Source: Chloroflexota bacterium
Lineage (GTDB): Bacteria > Chloroflexota > Anaerolineae > Anaerolineales > E44-bin32
Assembly (NCBI GenBank): GCA_022561215.1
Contig: JADFRQ010000011.1
Coordinates: forward strand, 1,068-65,067
DNA length: 64,000 nucleotides
Direction: 5' to 3'
The notes under the pieces were generated by a model, which did no database searches, had not been told where the DNA came from, and saw only the letters and a list, made by a program, of their open reading frames with translations. Below, piece after piece: positions 9,265 through 18,714 of this stretch. The position numbers were made by a program, and so were the translations under genes. How positions within the stretch are numbered: the stretch's first letter is position 1; the number at the start of each line of letters is the position of its first letter.

Positions 9265-10187
9265 ATGAGCAACGAATTGAAGTCAAGGTATCTCCTCCCG
9301 GCGGCAGACTCGATCGGATTATCGCTTCATCTATTGCCGAAGTTTCCCGCAATCGCTTGCAGAAACTTATTCGGGCGGGGCGATTGCTGGTTGATGGTGA
9401 AGTGGTCATAAAACCTGCCTATGCCCTCGAGGGTGGTGAAATAATTTCCCTTGTCATTCCCGCCGTAAGAGATAGCAGCATTAAGAGCGAACCGATACCA
9501 CTTAATATCGTATTTGAAAATGCTGACATATTGGTCATCAACAAAAATCCTGGGATTGTCGTTCATCCCTCACCAGGGCACGCGAGTGGGACGATAGTCA
9601 ATGCAGTGCTGGCGCATGCTCCTGAAATACAAGGCGTAGGAGGAGAACGAAGACCCGGCATCGTTCACCGGTTGGACAAGGGCACATCAGGAATTCTGGT
9701 CGTAGCAAAAAATGATGCTTCCCATCAATTTTTGCAGGCGCAGTTCATGAATCGAAGTGTGCACAAAACATACATCGCCCTTGTCGATGGCATCCCAAAG
9801 ACGCGCGTGGGGTTGATTGAAGCGGGAATCGGTCGATCGCGGAGGGACCGAAAAAAAATGGCAGTTTTACCTCCTGGACAGGGAAGGGAGGCCATCAGTC
9901 AGTATGCAACACTCGAACAGTTTACAGCCCACACGTTGCTACAAATTCAACCGCTCACGGGTCGAACGCATCAGATACGCGTACATTTAGCGTTTATTCA
10001 TGCACCTGTGGTTGGAGATCGGGTTTACGGGAAGCGCAAGCCCAGTGTGCCAATAAAGCGTCAATTTCTGCATGCCTCGGCCATCGAACTCTTGGTTCCG
10101 GGCGAAGAATCTACCCAAACCTTTCGCGCGCCTTTGCCCAAAGATTTGGAAGATGTGCTTAGCATGTTGCGATCCATCACGTCATAG
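9261..10187 (+). CDS. rluD: RluA-family 23S rRNA pseudouridine synthase (RluD-like) with S4 domain
   Basis: S4-like N-terminus RLDRIIASSI...LIRAGRLLVDGEV. Catalytic motif HRLDKGTSGILVVAKN. GTG 9261 gives a GTGA overlap with the lspA stop. Confidence 0.88.
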   Translation: MNEQRIEVKVSPPGGRLDRIIASSIAEVSRNRLQKLIRAGRLLVDGEVVIKPAYALEGGEIISLVIPAVRDSSIKSEPIPLNIVFENADILVINKNPGIVVHPSPGHASGTIVNAVLAHAPEIQGVGGERRPGIVHRLDKGTSGILVVAKNDASHQFLQAQFMNRSVHKTYIALVDGIPKTRVGLIEAGIGRSRRDRKKMAVLPPGQGREAISQYATLEQFTAHTLLQIQPLTGRTHQIRVHLAFIHAPVVGDRVYGKRKPSVPIKRQFLHASAIELLVPGEESTQTFRAPLPKDLEDVLSMLRSITS

Positions 10188-10223
10188 GCATTCTTTTCGT
10201 TATTTTTGGAGGAACACTAACCG

Positions 10224-11276
10224 ATGCCGAAATTGGTTGACCTGCGCTCAGACACCGTAACGCAGCCTACCGCTGCGATGCGCGAGGCCATGGCGGTAGC
10301 CGAAGTGGGCGATGATGTTTATGGGGAAGATCCAACAATTAATCGACTCGAAAAACTTGCCGCAACGCGCATGGGTATGCCATCATCAATGTTCGTACCT
10401 AGCGGAACGATGGGTAATCTGGCAGCAATTCTTGCGCACTGCGCGCGTGGTGATGAAATGATATTGGGCCATCTCTCACACAGTTTCCTTTTTGAAGCTG
10501 GAGGTGCTGCGGCATTGGGCGGAGTGCAGCCGCGCACAGTCCGCAACCAGGAAGATGGAACGCTGGATTTCGAGGATATTCGAGCTTCAATACGTGAAAA
10601 TGATCCGCACTTTCCGATCACGCGGTTGATTTGTTTGGAAAATACTCATAACCGTTGCGGCGGCAACCCAATTACGGCAACGTATACGAAAGCCGTGGGA
10701 GATATTGCGAAAGAGTATGATCTTAAGCTGCACATCGATGGAGCGCGCATTTTTAACGCGGCCGCGGCGCAGAATGTTCCTGCGCGCGATCTCGTACAAA
10801 ATGCCGACTCGGTCACTTTCTGCCTGTCGAAGGCGTTATGTGCGCCTGTAGGCTCTCTGCTCTGCGGCTCCGAGGCATTTATCCACAAGGCGCGCAGGGT
10901 GCGTAAGCAACTTGGTGGCGGAATGCGCCAGGCTGGAGTGTTGGCTGCCGCGGGAATTATTGCGCTGGAGAAAATGACCTCTCGATTAGTGGACGATCAT
11001 GCTCGCGCAAGGCGATTGGCGGCAGGGTTGGTACGAATGGATGAAGAGGAATTCTCTGTATCGACTCCGACAACAAACATGGTATACGTTACGATCCGCC
11101 CCGAAGCCAGTTTTGACGCCAAGGTTTTGGCCGCGGTACTGAAGTCGAAAGGAATACGTGTTGGTATTGTAGCTTCCCATAGAATTCGTTTGGTGCTGCA
11201 CCATGATATCGACGATGATTCGCTCCAAATCGCGATCACGGCGATTAAGCAATCCTGGTCAGAATTAAGAAATTAA
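10224..11276 (+). CDS. ltaE: Low-specificity L-threonine aldolase
   Basis: DLRSDTVTQPT..MREAM....GDDVYGEDPT N-terminal signature, PLP-fold, and SKALCAPVGS lysine region. Confidence 0.85.
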   Translation: MPKLVDLRSDTVTQPTAAMREAMAVAEVGDDVYGEDPTINRLEKLAATRMGMPSSMFVPSGTMGNLAAILAHCARGDEMILGHLSHSFLFEAGGAAALGGVQPRTVRNQEDGTLDFEDIRASIRENDPHFPITRLICLENTHNRCGGNPITATYTKAVGDIAKEYDLKLHIDGARIFNAAAAQNVPARDLVQNADSVTFCLSKALCAPVGSLLCGSEAFIHKARRVRKQLGGGMRQAGVLAAAGIIALEKMTSRLVDDHARARRLAAGLVRMDEEEFSVSTPTTNMVYVTIRPEASFDAKVLAAVLKSKGIRVGIVASHRIRLVLHHDIDDDSLQIAITAIKQSWSELRN

Positions 11277-11305
11277 TTCGCAAACCATTACTAAGCACAA
11301 ATTTC

Positions 11306-11335
11306 TTGACTGGGATTTAACGCTTATGGTAGACT
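11306..11335 (+). promoter_or_regulatory. Putative promoter for tRNA-Asp (TTGACT, 18 nt spacer, TAGACT)
   Basis: Hexamers at 11306-11311 and 11330-11335. The tRNA 5' end lies 14 nt downstream of the -10 element. Confidence 0.35.
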
Positions 11336-11348
11336 GTCATGCAGCCTC

Positions 11349-11422
11349 GGGGGCGTGGTGTAGTGGCCTAACATGCTGGCCTGTCAAGCCAGAGACCGCG
11401 GGTTCGAATCCCGTCGTCCCCG
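11349..11422 (+). tRNA. tRNA-Asp (anticodon GTC)
   Basis: Hand-folded 74-nt cloverleaf: acceptor GGGGGCG/CGTCCCC, anticodon stem CTGGC/GCCAG with loop CTGTCAA, T-arm GCGGG-TTCGAAT-CCCGT, discriminator G. CCA is not encoded. Confidence 0.9.
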
Positions 11423-11557
11423 CTCTAAAATAAAGGCGTTGGATAGGAGTGCGAACGCTCAATTTTGCCCTTAGCATCCTCTTCTCTTAATTTTGGGAGC
11501 AGAGAGCAGGGGGATTTGCAGAGATCTCCATCCAAAGGGGGAGCGCTCATCGCTATC

Positions 11558-12052
11558 TCAACCGGCGTAATGCCAGCCAACTGTCGGCAAGGTAAGCGAA
11601 TCTTTATCCTCCCCGTCCTTCATATTTCCCGCACCAACAACTTCACCAAGTATGATATTGTGGTCGCCACCAAAATCATAGATTTCTTTCACCCTGCACT
11701 CCAGGTACGCGGCCGCACCATCAATAATTGGACAGCCCGTTTCCGGAGCAGCTGAATATTTTACATTATCCATCTTCGCCGCGTTCTTATCACGACTTTT
11801 GGAGAACGATTTTACAATCTCCTGATCTTCCTTCAAAAACAAATTGACGGAAAATACACGGCCCTGGTTGACCAAGCCGTAGGAATAGGACGTTTTTTGC
11901 AAGCCAAAGGCCAGTAAGCGCGGCTCAAAAGAGACTTGCGTGATCCAATTAGCGACCATGGCATTTGCGTCCTCGCCATTTCGGCTGGTTACTACATACC
12001 ATCCATAGGGCATTCTGCGCAATACTTCTTTGATTTTATCCTCGGACATCAA
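11558..12052 (-). CDS. Flavin reductase-like (FMN-binding split-barrel) protein
   Basis: MPYGWYVVTSRNGEDANAMVANWITQVSFEPRLLAFGL is typical of the flavin reductase domain. GAAGGAG RBS upstream. Confidence 0.75.
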   Translation of the reverse strand: MMSEDKIKEVLRRMPYGWYVVTSRNGEDANAMVANWITQVSFEPRLLAFGLQKTSYSYGLVNQGRVFSVNLFLKEDQEIVKSFSKSRDKNAAKMDNVKYSAAPETGCPIIDGAAAYLECRVKEIYDFGGDHNIILGEVVGAGNMKDGEDKDSLTLPTVGWHYAG

Positions 12053-12259
12053 CTGGCTCCTTCTCGTATTTAGAAAAATTCAATTCAACACTATCATTCT
12101 TTTCGGACTGAGAGGACTTCGCAATTAAGAAAAGTCTAACACGATTGACCCTGGCGGTGCTTCGGCCAAAGCCGCGTCTGCCTTCGCGAGTGGTCTCCAA
12201 ACTCAAGTCAAAATCGGCATTCAGATTTAAACAAGCGTGTGAAGTGAATCAAACTCGAG

Positions 12260-14104
12260 TCAGTCGCTTGCCGCAGTCGTAAGTGCAAAAGGATCCAACT
12301 CGTCTTCGAGTTTTTTCCGAAACTGTTGCGTGTAGAGGCGGTAGTAGTGGCCTTTTTTCTTCAACAATTCGCTATGCGAGCCCATTTCCGTAATACGCCC
12401 ATCGTCTATGAGAATGATGCGATCGGCGCGTTTTATGGTCGAAAGCCGGTGGGCGATGATAAAACTCGTTCGGTTCTCCAATAAGACGCTCAGGCCCTTT
12501 TGAATCAGAGATTCTGTAATTGTGTCGACCGAACTAGTTGCTTCGTCCATGATAAATAGATCGGGCTCCGCAAGAACTGCGCGAGCCAGACTAATGAGTT
12601 GTTTTTGTCCCACAGACAGTAGATTTCCGCCCTCGCCAACTTCACCATCATAACCACCTTCTTGTTCATTGATAAATTCGTCGGCGCCTGTGAGTATGGC
12701 GGCTTTCTCGACATCTTCATCCGTGGCATCCAGACGTCCATAGCGAATGTTTTCACGGATCGATCCTGAAAATAAGTGTGGTGACTGTAACACCATGCCA
12801 ATGCGCGATTGTATAGATTGCAAGGAGACCGAAGTATAGTCGTGATCGCCAATCATAATCCTTCCGCTTTTGGGCTCGTAAAAGCGGCAGAGCAAATTAA
12901 CGATGGTGGATTTACCACCCCCTGTTGGGCCGACAAGCGCAACTGTTTCACCTTGGCGAACATGCAGTGTAAAGTTCTTGAGTACGGGTTTATCTTCTTG
13001 GTAGAAAAAATCTACATTTTCAAATTTGATATCGCCGCGCAGTGTTCCAGGATCAAATGCCCCTGGCCGATCGGTGATTTCAGGATGGGAATCAATAAGA
13101 GAAAAAATTCGTTCAGCCGAAGCAATCGCTTGTTGCATTTCAGCGTACACGCGCGCCATGTCTTGGATGGGCCAGAGCATGAAAGTAATGTAGGCGATAA
13201 AGGCTGAAAGCCCACCAATCGAAAGCTCCCCGAGACCGGATTGAAGGCCTCCATACCAAGCGACAATACCTAGCCCCAATGCACTAATAATTTGCACCAC
13301 TGGCAGAAAGAGAGCCGAAAGCCAAGCTGCTCGGAATCCGGATTCGAACATTTTTGTTGATAATTTGCTAAATTCCTCAAGATTCCTCTCTTCACGCCGG
13401 AGCGCTTTGACGGCACGGACCCCGGATATATTCTCATTAAATGCACCAGTTATTTTTGAGTTTAATTTGCGGACCTTGCGGTATTCAGTGATGATCACCT
13501 TTTTGAATCGCCCTGCGATGATCAGCAGCAAAGGGATGATCGTAAAAACCAAAAGTCCAAGTTTCCAGTTGATGATGATCATAAAGGTTACTGAGGAAAT
13601 AATACTGATTGTTCCCCAGGTAATATCCAGCAATCCCCACGTCACCAATTCTGCCACGCGTGCAGCATCGGAGGTCACGCGGGACATGATCCAGCCCACT
13701 GGGGTGCGGTCATAATAGGTCAACGAAAGTTCCTGCAAGTGATTAAAGGTATTTTGACGAAGGTCGTACTGGATCCGTTCACCAAGCATGCTCGCCAAGT
13801 ATATGAAGGTGAAGATCCCCAGCGATGAGAAAAGCATTATCCCCAAATAGAGAAGGATAAGCTCGCGCAGTGCATTTTTATCGGAAGCCAAAATTCCTTC
13901 ATCGATAATACGCTTCGTAATAAACGTCGAATAGGAGTCGAGTATCGATATAAGGCTAATCGCTAACAGAAATCCTATTAACCAGCGCCAGTGCGGTTTG
14001 GCTGTCGAAAGTATCCTGAGAAGGGTCTTCCCATTATGCTGAGTAGTAAAATCCTCTTCTTCAAATTCAAACTCAAACACCACTAATCTCTCTTTCCAGC
14101 TCAA
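12260..14104 (-). CDS. ABC exporter, fused permease/ATPase (heterodimer partner B)
   Basis: Six-TM exporter domain. Walker A GPTGGGKST, signature LSVGQKQ, Walker B LFIMDEATSS. The annotated start overlaps the upstream partner by 32 nt. Confidence 0.9.
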   Translation of the reverse strand: MSWKERLVVFEFEFEEEDFTTQHNGKTLLRILSTAKPHWRWLIGFLLAISLISILDSYSTFITKRIIDEGILASDKNALRELILLYLGIMLFSSLGIFTFIYLASMLGERIQYDLRQNTFNHLQELSLTYYDRTPVGWIMSRVTSDAARVAELVTWGLLDITWGTISIISSVTFMIIINWKLGLLVFTIIPLLLIIAGRFKKVIITEYRKVRKLNSKITGAFNENISGVRAVKALRREERNLEEFSKLSTKMFESGFRAAWLSALFLPVVQIISALGLGIVAWYGGLQSGLGELSIGGLSAFIAYITFMLWPIQDMARVYAEMQQAIASAERIFSLIDSHPEITDRPGAFDPGTLRGDIKFENVDFFYQEDKPVLKNFTLHVRQGETVALVGPTGGGKSTIVNLLCRFYEPKSGRIMIGDHDYTSVSLQSIQSRIGMVLQSPHLFSGSIRENIRYGRLDATDEDVEKAAILTGADEFINEQEGGYDGEVGEGGNLLSVGQKQLISLARAVLAEPDLFIMDEATSSVDTITESLIQKGLSVLLENRTSFIIAHRLSTIKRADRIILIDDGRITEMGSHSELLKKKGHYYRLYTQQFRKKLEDELDPFALTTAASD

Positions 14105-15926
14105 GTTCTACCTGTGTTTGAAGTTCATATATTCGCCGGTAAATGTTCTCTTCATTCATTAGTTCTGCATGGTTTCCACTCTGTACAATTTGTCCTCTGT
14201 CAAGGACGAGAATCATGTCTGCTCCTTGAACGCTTTGCACCCTATGCGCGATGATAAATGTCGTTCGACCTCGCATCAGCTTTTGCAGCGCTTCGCGGAT
14301 CAATGCTTCTGTTTCGGGATCGACAGATGAAGTGCTATCGTCGAAGATTAAAATTCGTGGATCTTTCAGTAAGGTGCGGGCAATTGCAATTCTCTGTTTT
14401 TGACCGCCGGATAGAGTCACGCCCCTTTCACCAACCATGGTGTTGTAACCCTCTGGGAAAGTCAAAATTACATCATGCATCGCCGCCGCTTGCGCAGCTT
14501 CCTCTACCTCCCGGTTGGTTACATCGCGTCCCACACCGTAAACGATGTTTTCGCGAATTGTGCGAGAAAAAAGGAACGGTTCCTGCGCAACAATGCCAAT
14601 ATTCTGGCGCAAAGCTTCACGCGAGTAGTCCCGCAGCTCCACACCATCAAGCCTTAAACTGCCCTCCGTATATTCATAAAAACGCGGTAGAAGATTTACA
14701 AGCGTAGTTTTGCCCGAGCCGGTAGCCCCAAGCAAAGCGACTGTCATTCCCGGACGCACGCTAAAATTAATATCGTGAAGTATTTGCGCTTGATCGCCAT
14801 ACCGAAATCCAATCTTCTCAAATTCAAGCTTGCCAACCAGCCCACCGATGGCGATGCCAATTCCTTCGTCGAGCGGCTCCCTTTCCACTCGGAGTACTTC
14901 CCGCACTCGCCCGAATGAGACCAGTCCCGAGGACATTTGAACAATTAATCGTCCCAGACCCCTCAAGGGCCAGATTATCCAAACGATGAGACCCGTGAAA
15001 GCCAGATAGGAACCTATCGACAGTGCGCCGTCAATCACCATCAAAGCTCCCAGGCCTAACCCGGCAATCATTTGAGTGCCCACAAGGATGTCAGAAATTG
15101 GCCAATAAATGGAGTGAATAAGGAATAAATGTTTGCCCCTTAAGAATTTTTCCCAATTTTCACGATCAAATTTCTCCATTTCATATTCTTGGCGAGCAAA
15201 CGCTTTTACCACACGGACGCCGGTCAAATTTTCTTGCAGGGTGGTGGATAAGACCGCCTCTTGCTGCTGATATTCTTCGTAAGCCTTGGAAATCTTATTG
15301 AAAAAATAATAGGAAAGCGCAACGACAAAGGGCACAACGATGACCGAAGCCAGGGCCAAACGCCAACTCAACAAGAGAAGCGCGGTGAAATTGACCAAAA
15401 AGAGAAGTATGATTCGTCCAAATCCAATTGCCTGGTCTGAAAAAAACCGGCGTATGGCATCGATATCGGAGGTAGTTCTTTGAATTAACTCCCCGGTGGG
15501 CGTCTTATCATGGTAAGCAAATGTGAGCCGCTGAATATGATCATAGATATAGTTACGTAGTTGGCGGACGATGTTCTCGGCAGTTCTGGCCGCCAATCGA
15601 CCGCTTATGTAGGTAAACAAACCCTGCAAGAGCGCAAAAGCAAGAAACGCAAAGGCTATGTAGGGTAATTGATTGTGCTGCGATTCGTCGGCCAGAACAT
15701 CGTCCACAAAATAGCGAATGAGATAATAGGTGCCTGCCCTAAGGGTGGATGCAACCCCAATGGACAGGGCGGCAACCAAGTAAATGCGCCGTTGGCCAGC
15801 CATCAGCTCCCACAATCCACGAATTCTATTCGTGTCGACAATATTTGGATTTGAGAGATACTTATGGTCCATGTTCATTAATTGAGTTTCCAGGATTTCC
15901 GGTATCGTTTCGACACCAATATTCAA
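14073..15926 (-). CDS. ABC exporter, fused permease/ATPase (heterodimer partner A)
   Basis: Walker A GATGSGKTT, signature LSGGQKQR, Walker B ILIFDDSTSS, N-terminal six-TM domain. Confidence 0.9.
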   Translation of the reverse strand: MNIGVETIPEILETQLMNMDHKYLSNPNIVDTNRIRGLWELMAGQRRIYLVAALSIGVASTLRAGTYYLIRYFVDDVLADESQHNQLPYIAFAFLAFALLQGLFTYISGRLAARTAENIVRQLRNYIYDHIQRLTFAYHDKTPTGELIQRTTSDIDAIRRFFSDQAIGFGRIILLFLVNFTALLLLSWRLALASVIVVPFVVALSYYFFNKISKAYEEYQQQEAVLSTTLQENLTGVRVVKAFARQEYEMEKFDRENWEKFLRGKHLFLIHSIYWPISDILVGTQMIAGLGLGALMVIDGALSIGSYLAFTGLIVWIIWPLRGLGRLIVQMSSGLVSFGRVREVLRVEREPLDEGIGIAIGGLVGKLEFEKIGFRYGDQAQILHDINFSVRPGMTVALLGATGSGKTTLVNLLPRFYEYTEGSLRLDGVELRDYSREALRQNIGIVAQEPFLFSRTIRENIVYGVGRDVTNREVEEAAQAAAMHDVILTFPEGYNTMVGERGVTLSGGQKQRIAIARTLLKDPRILIFDDSTSSVDPETEALIREALQKLMRGRTTFIIAHRVQSVQGADMILVLDRGQIVQSGNHAELMNEENIYRRIYELQTQVELELEREISGV

Positions 15927-16429
15927 TGTGATCTTGCTCGGATTATGACGTGCATCTAGGCTGTACTCGCGACATTCTGTTGTTCTTTATTTTGGAGGCA
16001 GGTGAGAAGAATGAGAACCAGGTAACCCAGCCCAGGCCTACAAACCCACAGTCAACCAATGGGAAACATCGCTGATATTTGTGATGTTCAGTATCTTATG
16101 ATGGCCATGGAGTATCCACCCTTCAAGTTGCACCAAACGCTCGCCGGCGCAGATTTAATCGGGGGGTACATTATAACCAAAAAATAATGCATCGGGCAGA
16201 TGCAAACCTAATCATCCTGTCGACCCTGGCAATTTTGCCAGCGACTGCATCCGCTCTCCAAAGACCCGTGTTCGCCAGACATTCGTATCAAAAGTAGTGC
16301 CCTGGCGGACTCAAGCGTATATTGGTTTTTGCCATCATTGGGGAAAACTGGAGGATTAATTTGGCCGTCATCTCAACGAATATGCGAGCTTTCATCGGTC
16401 ACTTCAATACAATAATTAGAGATTACGAC

Positions 16430-16459
16430 TTGACACCCACAAAATCGGCGTGGTATTCT
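16430..16459 (+). promoter_or_regulatory. Putative promoter upstream of dprA (TTGACA, 18 nt spacer, TATTCT with TGG extension)
   Basis: TTGACA at 16430-16435 and TATTCT at 16454-16459, 27 nt before the dprA ATG. Confidence 0.3.
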
Positions 16460-16485
16460 GGGCCGGTTACTTAAGGAAGTGAGTC

Positions 16486-17604
16486 ATGCAGGCAGCGGAA
16501 AAAGGAAAATATTGGATCGGCTTTAATCGGGTTACCGGTATCGGGCCGATGCGGTTGAGGACACTACTCGACTTCTTTGGCAATGTTGAGGCTGCCTGGA
16601 TTGCTCCTCGGCAAGCGCTGCGTGAGGCGGGATTGAATGTTAAGCTTGTGGAGAGCCTGCTCAAAGCGCGAGAATCTTTGGATTTGGACCAGGAACTCGC
16701 AAAATTGGATCAGCTGGGAATAGACTTGATCACATGGGAGGACGAGCGTTACCCCGATAGATTGAAGGAAATTGACGCTTCTCCCCCCGTTCTTTATGTA
16801 AGTGGGTCGCTGGAGCCCATTGATCGCTATGCCGTGGCCATTGTTGGAACCAGGCGCTTATCACCTTATGGTGAAATGATCGCGCGTGAAATTTCTAATG
16901 GACTAGCTTCCAATGGTATTACGATCGTCTCCGGGCTCGCACGCGGCATCGATGGCATTGCTCATCAAGGGGCACTCGAGGTTGGCGGACGCACGTTGGC
17001 AGTTCTTGGTTCTGGGCTGGATCGCCTATACCCATCCAATCATCGCAAATTGGCGCATGCTGTCAAAGAACGCGGTGCCGTTCTTAGCGATTACCCACTG
17101 GGAACCGCGCCGGAGGCGAGGAACTTTCCTCCCCGCAATCGAATCATCTCTGGTCTATCGCTGGCCGTAATTATTGTTGAGGCAGGTGAAAGTAGTGGGG
17201 CGCTAATTACGGCCAATTTCGCCGCCGAACAGGGCAGGGATGTTTTCGCGGTGCCCGGAAATATCCACAGCAGGGCCAGCAAGGGGACCAATCGATTAAT
17301 CCTAAATGGTGCGATTCCTTTTCTCTCGATTGTCGATGTCTTGGAAGCTCTTAACCTTGAACTTATTGCACGTCAGGAACAGGTAGAGGATTATTTGCCA
17401 GAAGATGATGTTGAGCGTGTAGTTTACGCAAAGCTTTCGTCGGAACCAATTCATGTCGATGAATTACAAGTGCAATGTGATTTACCAGTATCAAAGATTA
17501 CGGCTTCGTTGGCGATGCTGGAATTGAAGGGTCAAGCCCGGCAGGTTGGAGGCATGCATTACATTCGCGCACGGGAAACACAAGCGGCCTACCGGGTGGA
17601 ATAA
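16486..17604 (+). CDS. dprA: DNA-processing protein DprA (Smf)
   Basis: Rossmann-like core GTRRLSPYG...SGLARGIDGIAHQGALEVGGRTLAVLGSGLDRLYP...PPRNRIISGLS, and a C-terminal winged-helix region. Confidence 0.9.
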   Translation: MQAAEKGKYWIGFNRVTGIGPMRLRTLLDFFGNVEAAWIAPRQALREAGLNVKLVESLLKARESLDLDQELAKLDQLGIDLITWEDERYPDRLKEIDASPPVLYVSGSLEPIDRYAVAIVGTRRLSPYGEMIAREISNGLASNGITIVSGLARGIDGIAHQGALEVGGRTLAVLGSGLDRLYPSNHRKLAHAVKERGAVLSDYPLGTAPEARNFPPRNRIISGLSLAVIIVEAGESSGALITANFAAEQGRDVFAVPGNIHSRASKGTNRLILNGAIPFLSIVDVLEALNLELIARQEQVEDYLPEDDVERVVYAKLSSEPIHVDELQVQCDLPVSKITASLAMLELKGQARQVGGMHYIRARETQAAYRVE

Positions 17605-17606
17605 TA

Positions 17607-18701
17607 ATGGAAAATTTCTACGCGGCAATAATGGCAGGAGGGGGAGGCACTCGATTATGGCCACTTTCGAGAAGACATCGCCCGAAACAATCCCTGCGGC
17701 TCGTGAGCGATAAAACATTATTTCAAATGGCGCTGGATCGATTGGGCCCGCTAATTCCAGCGGAGAGAATTTACGTCATTACGGTCGCCGATCAAGCCGC
17801 ACAGTTGCAAGAAGACGCGCCTCTTATCCCAAAAGCCAACTTCATCGTTGAGCCTCAACCCCGGGGCACGGCTTCCGTCGTCGGTTTGGCGGCAATCCAT
17901 TTGGAAATGCAGGACGAAGAAAGTGTGATGGCGGTGCTTACGGCTGACCACATTATTCGCAACGAAGAAGCATTCCGTGAGCTTTTGCGAACGGCATTCG
18001 AGATAGCGAGTTCAGGAGAATTGGTCACGCTCGGGATATCCCCAAATTATCCCACGTCAGGATATGGTTATATTCGCAGAGGGGAAAAGCTGGGTGAAAT
18101 TAGGGATCGAGAATATTACCGCACGATTGAGTTTAAGGAAAAGCCATCGATCGAAGTAGCCACTGAATATGTGGGCAGCGGTAATTACTCCTGGAACTCA
18201 GGGATGTTTGTGTGGAAATCTGCGCGAATTCTTGAGGAAATTGCATTGCACATGCCCGATTTGGCGGGTGGCCTTAATCAAGTAAAAACTGCGCTGGGAA
18301 CTGAAGCGCAACAACCAGTACTCGAAGAAGTTTGGGGAAAATTGCAGAATGAAACCATAGATTTCGGAATTATGGAGCATGTTGCCAAGTCGGTTGTCAT
18401 ACCCGCAGACGATTTAGAATGGTTTGACATCGGCGGATGGGAGCGGCTTTTCGACATTTTTCCAGTCGACGAGAACGGCAACTTGCAGCTTGCCCAAGAA
18501 TCGATAGTACTTGACACCTATAATTCATTAATTTTCCAAGGTAAAACAAAGACAGACAGGCTATTTGCTTTATTGGGAGTCAGTGATCTAATTGTCGTCG
18601 ATACAGGCGATGTTGTGCTAATAATCCCCCGCTCAAAAGCGGAGGAAGTAAGGAAAATTGTGGGAATGTTATCGGAACAAGGGAAAAGTAAATTTATCTA
18701 G
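17607..18701 (+). CDS. Mannose-1-phosphate guanylyltransferase-like sugar nucleotidyltransferase
   Basis: N-terminal AIMAGGGGTRLWPLSR...PKQ signature, then GYGYI and WNSGMFVW motifs. Confidence 0.8.
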   Translation: MENFYAAIMAGGGGTRLWPLSRRHRPKQSLRLVSDKTLFQMALDRLGPLIPAERIYVITVADQAAQLQEDAPLIPKANFIVEPQPRGTASVVGLAAIHLEMQDEESVMAVLTADHIIRNEEAFRELLRTAFEIASSGELVTLGISPNYPTSGYGYIRRGEKLGEIRDREYYRTIEFKEKPSIEVATEYVGSGNYSWNSGMFVWKSARILEEIALHMPDLAGGLNQVKTALGTEAQQPVLEEVWGKLQNETIDFGIMEHVAKSVVIPADDLEWFDIGGWERLFDIFPVDENGNLQLAQESIVLDTYNSLIFQGKTKTDRLFALLGVSDLIVVDTGDVVLIIPRSKAEEVRKIVGMLSEQGKSKFI

Positions 18702-18714
18702 CAGGAGTTTATTG

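Noticed and set aside
11423-15926. Genomic island integrated at tRNA-Asp (flavin reductase plus ABC exporter pair)
   Set aside because: There is no integrase, no visible direct repeat of the tRNA 3' end, and no obvious compositional break. The genes look like ordinary chromosomal cargo.
16061-16189. 42-aa ORF (MGNIADICDVQYLMMAMEYPPFKLHQ...) in the ABC/dprA spacer
   Set aside because: It has no SD, no hydrophobic or motif content, and an arbitrary position, so it is most likely a chance ORF.
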